Part shown: piece by piece, positions 56,921 through 64,000 of the stretch
Position numbering within the stretch: the first letter of the stretch is position 1
How the letters are laid out: each line of letters opens with the position of its first letter
Virus record (IMG/VR): IMGVR_UViG_3300036715_000626
Coordinates: 62,001 to 126,000 of that record
Reading direction: 5' to 3' (one strand)
Length of the DNA: 64,000 nucleotides
Notes under the pieces: generated by a model
The model's database searches: none
What the model saw: the letters and a program-made list of their open reading frames with translations, nothing else
What the model was told of the DNA's origin: nothing
Made by a program: the position numbers and the translations under genes

Positions 56921-57822
56921 TATTCTTTAACTTTAGGTTCTTCAGCAACCGTAAACACGTCATCTTCTTGAGATGGAGAAGTCATATCTACGAATTCATC
57001 TGTAGAATCGCATTCGTCAATTTCAACATCGAGTTCGGGATTTAATTCTAAGAACTCGTTTTCAGTAAGTTCTTGATCAATACCGGTATCAGGAAGCCCG
57101 TCAAGAGTTGAACCTGATTCAAGATCCGGTTCTTCTTCGATAATTTTCATAGCACACGCAACACCTTCGTACAAATCAACGTCAGGATTGTTTTTACACG
57201 CTTCTACAAACGTACGAATGTTTTCATCGTTGAAACGGTTTTCATCGAGCATGATTTTGATATGGCGAATAATACTCAAATAGATACCCATACGAGTATT
57301 ACTTACCGAAGTAGCAATGCTTGCGTTCCAAAGATCTATATGTTTGATTTCGTTAAACGAAGTGAAGACAACATTTTTGCCAAGTTTACGGATAAGAGAT
57401 TTAAGTTGTTTAGACATCTTAACACGTTCACAAAGCACCATTGCAACTAATGCCCAATAGTTTGGAACATCAACCGGCTTTAGTTTATAGATAAGATCAG
57501 CTTCGTTTTTGTACAGTTTTGATTTACCCAAAAGTTTTTGTGGATAACCGGTTTTAGTAACATAATCCTGGAAGTTACGGATCGTACCGATAACACCAAA
57601 TGGAGTACGCACTTTAACTTCAAGCGGATAACCAGGAGCAAGTTTTTGACCGATTTCAGTTGTACCATGTTTAGATACATTTATGTAATCAACACCATCA
57701 ATATCTTCAGCCATAATAGTTGGTACCCCAGAGGTACTCTTTAGAATCCAATCGGGTCGGAATGACGCAGGGCGTTTTTTGTTAGAAGTGTTTTTCTTAT
57801 CCCAGTCTATAAATGTTGCCAT
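56920..57822 (-). CDS. conserved phiKZ-like protein with acidic C-terminal tail
   Basis: 300 aa; DG.DYINV...G.T..G..L pattern. Confidence 0.7.
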   Translation of the reverse strand: MATFIDWDKKNTSNKKRPASFRPDWILKSTSGVPTIMAEDIDGVDYINVSKHGTTEIGQKLAPGYPLEVKVRTPFGVIGTIRNFQDYVTKTGYPQKLLGKSKLYKNEADLIYKLKPVDVPNYWALVAMVLCERVKMSKQLKSLIRKLGKNVVFTSFNEIKHIDLWNASIATSVSNTRMGIYLSIIRHIKIMLDENRFNDENIRTFVEACKNNPDVDLYEGVACAMKIIEEEPDLESGSTLDGLPDTGIDQELTENEFLELNPELDVEIDECDSTDEFVDMTSPSQEDDVFTVAEEPKVKE

Positions 57823-57838
57823 AATATTTCCTTAAGTG

Positions 57839-58264
57839 TTATTTTTGTTTACATTCATTAACAAGGTTAATAACCCGTTTAATGTTTAATTTTGTTAGAA
57901 AAAGGACAACGGCGATGTTGTCATTTGTAACGAGTTCATCTACTTTAAGTAGTTTACGCATATTTTCATCAAGAGTACGGGCATATGTAAATGCTTGTGT
58001 CGCGGCGTTAGTAACTTTTTTAAGGTCGGCCGCGGTTATACCTTCAATAGACATATTTGCTATAAACATTACCGTATAATCAAGAACTAGTTCTTGATGG
58101 TCGGTTACTAGTTTTTTTACTAGTTTTATACCGGTATCGTTTAACATAGACGACAATACGATCCTGTCTAGGTCTCTTAAAAATGCGCCCATGGGTTCGC
58201 CTAGATATATTTCATCAAGCTCCCGAATGGTGTTATCCAGTATTTGATTTATTTTTGTCTTCAA
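57839..58264 (-). CDS. hypothetical protein
   Basis: 141 aa, GAGGAGG RBS. Confidence 0.7.
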   Translation of the reverse strand: MKTKINQILDNTIRELDEIYLGEPMGAFLRDLDRIVLSSMLNDTGIKLVKKLVTDHQELVLDYTVMFIANMSIEGITAADLKKVTNAATQAFTYARTLDENMRKLLKVDELVTNDNIAVVLFLTKLNIKRVINLVNECKQK

Positions 58265-58646
58265 CTTTAACCTCCTCTTCTAGGTTATAATCGTTATTAT
58301 TAATATCGATTGTGTGGATTGACTTATCATTGTTAGCATGTGTTAACATGATAGTTATAGTTATCTTTCTAACCGACAAGAAGTTAAAAAGTAAATCTAA
58401 AAATGTTTTAAACGTCATTTCACCAGCAGCTATATTGTTTATAAGACTACTACGTGTTTTACGTTTTACATTAACACTACGACCTTCTAAGATATCGGTC
58501 TTACGAACATACTTATTGACCATGATGTCTATAGCGTAGATGAAGTTGTTTTCTTTAAGTATAGCTCTCCAGAGAGCACTTAAAACACCACCTTCCTTAC
58601 TAGACAGATCGTCAAATTCTACCTTTGACATGATTTCTCCTATCAA
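58233..58646 (-). CDS. conserved phiKZ-like hypothetical protein
   Basis: GVLS.LWR.IL; MTFK.F..L..FL pattern. Confidence 0.7.
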   Translation of the reverse strand: MIGEIMSKVEFDDLSSKEGGVLSALWRAILKENNFIYAIDIMVNKYVRKTDILEGRSVNVKRKTRSSLINNIAAGEMTFKTFLDLLFNFLSVRKITITIMLTHANNDKSIHTIDINNNDYNLEEEVKVEDKNKSNTG

Positions 58647-59131
58647 TATTTCTGGAGATATAGATCGACTATATATTGCGCAATATAATCTAAATTAATA
58701 ATATATGGTTTTAATTTATGCGAATTAGTAAACGCAAAGTGATTAAGATTGTTTTTAGCCCCTTTTTCATAACTAGTAACAAACACAGAAGCCACATCCA
58801 GAAAAGTATTAAATACCTCTCGTTCGTTAGGCAACATTTTACCCGAACTACTACACCATTGGTATAGTTGTAACTTAATGACCCTTTCTGTAGAGATAGG
58901 TTTATATGGATAGTAACCGGTTTCTAAATCAAAGCAGTTTATTCCTTTAAACAATTCAATATAGTCTACAAGATCTTTTTCTTGGGAATATATAGTACCG
59001 CTAGAATAAGGTTTCTCGTAAAGTGATATATTGCATAACTTAAGAAATTTAATACGATCTAATAAAGTACGTATTTTTAATATTTTAAATCGGTAGAGTA
59101 ATAACAATATTTTGTTAATATATAATCGCAT
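58643..59131 (-). CDS. hypothetical protein
   Basis: 162 aa, CAGGAG RBS. Confidence 0.65.
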   Translation of the reverse strand: MRLYINKILLLLYRFKILKIRTLLDRIKFLKLCNISLYEKPYSSGTIYSQEKDLVDYIELFKGINCFDLETGYYPYKPISTERVIKLQLYQWCSSSGKMLPNEREVFNTFLDVASVFVTSYEKGAKNNLNHFAFTNSHKLKPYIINLDYIAQYIVDLYLQKY

Positions 59132-59174
59132 GTTAACTCCTGTTGTTCATTATATGGATGTCGATATAAAAATT

Positions 59175-59206
59175 ATATACACTGTAGCACACGCTACAGT
59201 GTATAT
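59175..59206. terminator. terminator
   Basis: 14-bp arms overlapping the RuvC stop. Confidence 0.65.
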
Positions 59207-59751
59207 AGGATATAAGGAAACTCTCGTATCTCCATTAGTACAGTATAACCAATAGCTATAGCATCTACTTCATGTTCTGATAATATGTATGGGTTAATAT
59301 GGTTAGTAAGTTCGTCTATTGCGGACATAGTTACCATCATATCATCCTTATCAGCACTGCCACCAGCTCCCAAAATACGCTTGATATAACGGGGCATATA
59401 TCTAAACATTTTGATACGGGTATTGAGAGTATACATAGTATGTTCTATAACAGCTACATACTGAGATAGTTGTAATACGGCTTTAGGAAAACGAGTATTG
59501 AGAAAGGACGTTTCTACGCCAAGAGCAATAGGATTATACGCAACATATAGATCAGTTACTATATCCTGTATCACACTTAACTTATAAAGTAACTTATTAA
59601 AATTATCGTCCAATACCGGTATGAGATTTTCGAGCACATAAAGCCTCGTCTCAATATTAACTATGGAAAAATCTCTAACATCTACAGTGATAATAGAAAC
59701 ACCTATGTTATTACCAGGGTCTATCGTCAGTATGTTTATTAAGTTATCCAT
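59194..59751 (-). CDS. ruvC: RuvC-like Holliday junction resolvase
   Basis: TIDPG; VE; G.A.KDDM; HE.DAIAIG; start set at MDNL. Confidence 0.85.
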   Translation of the reverse strand: MDNLINILTIDPGNNIGVSIITVDVRDFSIVNIETRLYVLENLIPVLDDNFNKLLYKLSVIQDIVTDLYVAYNPIALGVETSFLNTRFPKAVLQLSQYVAVIEHTMYTLNTRIKMFRYMPRYIKRILGAGGSADKDDMMVTMSAIDELTNHINPYILSEHEVDAIAIGYTVLMEIREFPYILYTL

Positions 59752-59752
59752 T

Positions 59753-60598
59753 TTAATACCTAAACAATTCCATACCACCGATATCGATACTTCTATAGAT
59801 GTTAGCATTAGAGTTCATATAGATCAATAGATCAAGATCTACTGCTACATGGTACATGATCTGCGAACATGAAACTTCTTTACCATTACAACTAATATCA
59901 TTAACTGGTATTGTCTCTTCTAGACCAGAACAAATACCAATTTCAGTTATGGGTTTGGTAATAGTAACTCCGTTAGTGTTTTTACCATAAATAAGATCCA
60001 TTACGTTATGTAAATCCGTAAGTTCTGTATTCAGTAAGGTAAATTCTAGTTTAGCTGTTTTAGCAGCGTATCGAACGGCATTGAAGTTATCTACAGTGAT
60101 GTCTCTATTAACCGGCGTTGGATTAAGATACACATCAGTACTGGTAGGTAACAAACTCAATACTGAATTATCATTTTCAGTAATAACCTGGTACATGTTA
60201 GCATTGATATATATACTAGGTATCTTTTTAAAATAGTACGCGTAGTAGTCTAGACCATTAATGGTTTTGATAACTTTCATACGATACTTATCCTGCTCTG
60301 AAGCAGTTAGATCGTTGTTAGTTCTACGCATAACAAATGGGATATGCTCGAATAGCCCAGCATCAACCGGAGAATGTTCTGAATACAATATCTGCCCGCT
60401 ACCTGGAAGAATAGTGCCTCCGCCGACACCAATGGTATAGTAACCAATAGTAGGATAGCGACCATCGGGTTTAATATTAGCAATTCGTGCAAACTTTTCA
60501 TTAAGAGATGTATTTGGTAATAAACTATAAGGAGTACCGCACATCATACGCAATGCGAGATCTACTCCATACAGTGTTCGTTGTGAGTTTAAAATCAT
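59753..60598 (-). CDS. conserved phiKZ-like virion structural protein
   Basis: RT.YG..L; T.LNEKF; Y..IG.GG; H.P.DA.LF.HIPFV.R. Confidence 0.7.
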   Translation of the reverse strand: MILNSQRTLYGVDLALRMMCGTPYSLLPNTSLNEKFARIANIKPDGRYPTIGYYTIGVGGGTILPGSGQILYSEHSPVDAGLFEHIPFVMRRTNNDLTASEQDKYRMKVIKTINGLDYYAYYFKKIPSIYINANMYQVITENDNSVLSLLPTSTDVYLNPTPVNRDITVDNFNAVRYAAKTAKLEFTLLNTELTDLHNVMDLIYGKNTNGVTITKPITEIGICSGLEETIPVNDISCNGKEVSCSQIMYHVAVDLDLLIYMNSNANIYRSIDIGGMELFRY

Positions 60599-61008
60599 TC
60601 TTTAGTGTCTCCTTCTATAAAGTCCGCAATCTCAAGTCGTTCAGGATTTATCTCAGCTTCACCATATACAGTATCCAAAGGAATATATTCCTGTGGTAGT
60701 TCTGTAAGCTGTGCTTCTAAGACGGGTCTGTTCATTTGCTGTCTACCGATCGCTTTAAGTGTCTCAGCAACAATTTCTAATGCAGATTGGTTATCACCAG
60801 CTGCTTGGAACTTAACTCTGTTAGCAACACCTGTATGTACTGAACTATCAATAGAATTTAGCACTTCATTAAGCACACGTATCTCTCCAACTTTTTCAGG
60901 TACCTTACCATCTTTTGTCATCGTATTGATTATATTCAAACGATTATTTTTTACTAAATTTAAAAGATCTTCTTCTTCTTGTGTATATACACCAGCTAAT
61001 CCAGCCAT
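60595..61008 (-). CDS. conserved hypothetical protein
   Basis: 137 aa, AAGGA RBS. Confidence 0.7.
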   Translation of the reverse strand: MAGLAGVYTQEEEDLLNLVKNNRLNIINTMTKDGKVPEKVGEIRVLNEVLNSIDSSVHTGVANRVKFQAAGDNQSALEIVAETLKAIGRQQMNRPVLEAQLTELPQEYIPLDTVYGEAEINPERLEIADFIEGDTKE

Positions 61009-61066
61009 AATTAATCCTTATCGTTTATATCAAGAAAAAAGGAAATAAAAAAATGATTACCATGGA

Positions 61067-61444
61067 TTACTCCATGGTATTAATATCCCATACGGTTTCA
61101 ACTTCAAAATTGAATAATATCCAATTGAATATTTCTACCGTAGAAATATCTTTCTCGAGAGATATAAGAAGCTTTTCTTTAGAAGAAAATGATACTTCTA
61201 ATAATACATCGAAAGGTTGGTATGTATCTTGTTGTTCGATACTAACTACAAGTTCTAGACTTTCACCATTGTCACTACCAAGGATAGTGATGCTATCATC
61301 ACCAACGAATACTTCTAAACAAGAATACTCCGCAAGTTTAGTATTTACTTTATTTAAAGCTTTAGCCGCCTCTACGAAGTTACTGCGAACTTCGTTAACT
61401 TTTTTAGCAATATAGAATGCTAATTGCGAATTTGTATAATTCAT
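61067..61444 (-). CDS. hypothetical early protein
   Basis: 125 aa downstream of an early-promoter motif. Confidence 0.65.
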   Translation of the reverse strand: MNYTNSQLAFYIAKKVNEVRSNFVEAAKALNKVNTKLAEYSCLEVFVGDDSITILGSDNGESLELVVSIEQQDTYQPFDVLLEVSFSSKEKLLISLEKDISTVEIFNWILFNFEVETVWDINTME

Positions 61445-61473
61445 TTTATTCCTTAATCTTTATATGTACAGTT

Positions 61474-61482
61474 ATAATATAG
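61474..61482 (-). promoter_or_regulatory. putative early promoter
   Basis: CTATATTAT motif. Confidence 0.6.
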
Positions 61483-61568
61483 TGGTATATTTTATTGGAA
61501 GTACTTGAATATCTTTTTTATAGATCTCAGATACATGATAAACTTAACTATAACTTAGGAATACTTAA

Positions 61569-63035
61569 ATGGAAAATATCGCAGAAACACCAATAATAGA
61601 AGAAATACCTTATAACGTAGCTGTTTGTTATGCTGATGGAAGTGCTATGCCGAATCCAGGATTCTACGGAACGGGTGTACATGGTTATATATACAATACT
61701 ATTAATCTAGATAAGAAAAATGGTGACAAACCAAGTAAGTACGTTATATCAGATATTGGTTATTTAGAAGCAGATCAATTGCTTAAATACAAATATAGAA
61801 CTGTTATACCAGATTATTATATTAACGGGTATGTTAGTTACGACGGCATCGGTACTAATAATATAGGAGAACTTAATGGGTTTATAGAAGTGATCACTAA
61901 CTTAATGCAACAAACTGAATTAGCTATTAAACACTACATTATTAAAACCGATAGTATGTATCTTATCAATGTTGAGAAATCTATATTACGAGATACAGCT
62001 AGAAGTTGGGCAAGTGAATTTGGTAAACCTAATTTACAATACTGGCATGTACTTGAAAAACTTATTCTAGAGATGAAAGAAAAAGATATAACTTATGAAA
62101 TAGTTAAAGTCTTAGGCCATTCAACATCGTTAGGAAATATTCTAGCAGACCGTTTAGCATTATTAGGACGTACTGAATCAACGCGTTTAAACGCAGATAT
62201 CTCTATAATGGTTACTCCTGCTAAGAACTACTGGACTGCTAAAGTTGATAGACATCCGTTCCTAAGTTTTAAACAATTGTTCTTTACTAACACATTACGA
62301 GAATCTAACACTGAAAACTTGTATGCTGTGATGAACTACAAACGTGATGTAGAACCTGGTAAGAAATCACACGAAGCTTGTTTTGGACTAGTACTCTTAC
62401 AAGAACAACAAACCTACATTGAAAGTGTTATTGACGTATATCAAAAGCATCTTAAGACATTATCGATAATTTATACAGCAAATCTAAATGATATTTATTC
62501 ACAATATGCTATCTTGTATAATAGTTTGTTTGGAGATAAAATATATAATTATAACCGTAAGAGAGGAATTCTGAGTGTATTGGAAAGACTTGAATTAGTA
62601 TATGACGTAAGACCTACTGGATTAGCTAACCAAGCTATCGACAAGATAATGGGGCTCTACACAATTATTCGTGAATATCGATCAACTGATAAGGTTCATG
62701 CTAATCGTCTCTTTATAGACGTCACAGATAGCTTCTACGGTGTAGATGAGAAAGGTAAACCAGTTACTGTTATTAAAAACGGTATTAACTCTGTTAACCT
62801 TGAAGTAAACGCTTTCGATACAGATTTGTTTATTCCGATTGAATTAGGAAAAGATACTTTAGAACGTAATGTATTTAAACGTATTGAAAAAGAAAATACT
62901 AAAGTTACTTTAGTGGTCACTAAGATATCTCCGACATTTATCGATTACTATCTTGTAGTTGAAATGGTTAACACTGGAGATATTTCAGTATGGTGTAATT
63001 TCTATAATAATAACATACTTTTACCAAAAAAATAA
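61569..63035 (+). CDS. RNase HI with C-terminal extension (phiKZ type)
   Basis: YADGS..PNPG; TNN.GEL; TDS.Y; VLGHS...GN.LADRLA. Confidence 0.9.
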   Translation: MENIAETPIIEEIPYNVAVCYADGSAMPNPGFYGTGVHGYIYNTINLDKKNGDKPSKYVISDIGYLEADQLLKYKYRTVIPDYYINGYVSYDGIGTNNIGELNGFIEVITNLMQQTELAIKHYIIKTDSMYLINVEKSILRDTARSWASEFGKPNLQYWHVLEKLILEMKEKDITYEIVKVLGHSTSLGNILADRLALLGRTESTRLNADISIMVTPAKNYWTAKVDRHPFLSFKQLFFTNTLRESNTENLYAVMNYKRDVEPGKKSHEACFGLVLLQEQQTYIESVIDVYQKHLKTLSIIYTANLNDIYSQYAILYNSLFGDKIYNYNRKRGILSVLERLELVYDVRPTGLANQAIDKIMGLYTIIREYRSTDKVHANRLFIDVTDSFYGVDEKGKPVTVIKNGINSVNLEVNAFDTDLFIPIELGKDTLERNVFKRIEKENTKVTLVVTKISPTFIDYYLVVEMVNTGDISVWCNFYNNNILLPKK

Positions 63036-63039
63036 CCGA

Positions 63040-63073
63040 TAACTACTACCTAGGTAATCCTAGGTAGTAGTTA
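63040..63073. terminator. bidirectional terminator
   Basis: 15-bp arms, TAAT loop. Confidence 0.75.
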
Positions 63074-63214
63074 CTTAATGAAACTGTGTATGCTGTGTAT
63101 AAAACTAGCAGCATAGTATGTACCTGTCGCTAAAGTCGCGACTCCTAATACTGTGGCTAGAATTTCTTCTAGAACAGTATTCCAATTCCCGGTAACGATA
63201 TTTTTAACATTCAT
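63071..63214 (-). CDS. 47-aa single-pass membrane protein (absent from the ORF track)
   Basis: GGAG RBS; MNVKNIVTGNWNTVLEEILATVLGVATLATGTYYAASFIHSIHSFIK; own promoter motif. Confidence 0.6.
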   Translation of the reverse strand: MNVKNIVTGNWNTVLEEILATVLGVATLATGTYYAASFIHSIHSFIK

Positions 63215-63247
63215 AATAGACTCCTCGGTCTGGTATTAATTAACTAT

Positions 63248-63256
63248 ATAATATAG
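63248..63256 (-). promoter_or_regulatory. putative early promoter
   Basis: CTATATTAT motif. Confidence 0.6.
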
Positions 63257-63282
63257 CTTTATATTTTAATGGAAATGATGTT

Positions 63283-63312
63283 ACACTATGGACGCATATG
63301 CATCCATAGTGT
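63283..63312. terminator. terminator
   Basis: Near-perfect 30-bp palindrome at the stop of the last gene. Confidence 0.65.
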
Positions 63313-64000
63313 TATTTATCGGCTAACTTCTCTACGAGAGTAATAGAATGTTTAAACGTATCTAAACACTGATTGTATACATAGATCATTGTGATAGCAC
63401 TTGTGATTGCTTTAGCGGAGTTCTCTAGCATACCACCAAGATGTTCTAACACGTTACGAGAAATATTCATATCTTTATTATCATTAAGATACTTGTAAAG
63501 AGTGTTAACTCGTTCTGAAATAACTTTGGAAAGAGTTTTAATCTCTTCCATGCGTTTAAGCGTCGCGGTACCGTTTAGTTTAATAATAGTGTCATAACAC
63601 GTATCATAACTATTGATAGACGGAATAACGTTACCTAAGTTAGCTCTATCCTTAACACCGTTCTCATCGATGATTTCTGCGATAAGACCATATAATTTTG
63701 AAGAGATTTCAAAATCGTTTTTATCGCGGAATGGTTTAGTTTGTGTACGGAAATCTTTATTAGTAAGAACTTTTGAAACAGTATCGTCAGTTTCTTTAAG
63801 TATAGCGATAAGTTCCTTATCGATAATATCAAATCCACGCGATACACGATCAAGACTGTCCGGTAATGAAAGTTTCATACCTAACAAGACAGGTACTTGT
63901 ATTTTTTCAACATCAACAAGTTTAACGTTTTGTTTAATCTTATCAATACTCTGACGCATATCAAAGAGTTCTTTACCGCTGCGAGTAAGTTGTTGATCGT
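63312..64000 (-). CDS. 3' part of a conserved phiKZ-like protein (5' end outside the window)
   Basis: Frame stays open from 63959 to the window edge. Confidence 0.65.
   Translation of the reverse strand, partial: DQQLTRSGKELFDMRQSIDKIKQNVKLVDVEKIQVPVLLGMKLSLPDSLDRVSRGFDIIDKELIAILKETDDTVSKVLTNKDFRTQTKPFRDKNDFEISSKLYGLIAEIIDENGVKDRANLGNVIPSINSYDTCYDTIIKLNGTATLKRMEEIKTLSKVISERVNTLYKYLNDNKDMNISRNVLEHLGGMLENSAKAITSAITMIYVYNQCLDTFKHSITLVEKLADK

Noticed and set aside
1-64000. Stop-codon reassignment
   Set aside because: Core genes are long and uninterrupted in code 11, and TAA, TAG and TGA all act as real stops next to terminators
1-64000. CRISPR array, DGR/retron, integrase or inteins
   Set aside because: No regularly spaced direct repeats, no RT (YxDD) or recombinase motifs, and no intein C..HN signatures seen in the RNAP or polymerase genes

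Overview
This is a 64 kb segment of an AT-rich, phiKZ-like nucleus-forming jumbo phage (Chimalliviridae-type). Hallmark genes present: a chimallin (ChmA)-like shell protein, PhuZ tubulin, a non-virion RNAP beta' subunit split by a group I intron carrying an HNH homing endonuclease, two virion RNAP subunits (gp178- and gp180-like), a split family B DNA polymerase subunit, SbcC, RNase H, RuvC, prohead protease, tail sheath and tube, a gp181-like lytic transglycosylase, a spanin pair (Gram-negative host) and a dimeric dUTPase resembling Campylobacterota enzymes. A strand-biased early-promoter motif ((A/C)TATATTAT, 11 copies) and about 20 near-perfect palindromic terminators organise transcription. 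The most unusual observations are: (1) tRNA-shaped RNAs that keep the D/T elbow but lack a usable anticodon loop, one with its own promoter and one with a compensatory G19-C56 to A19-U56 change; (2) two large non-coding regions with RNA-type (G.U-rich) helices; (3) a Pol-beta-family nucleotidyltransferase domain fused to the C-terminus of virion RNAP beta behind a putative prohead-protease site; (4) a six-repeat Kelch propeller inserted in the tail sheath; (5) a group I intron whose best-fitting 3' splice site ends in A rather than G. All family assignments come from motif recognition by eye; no searches were run.
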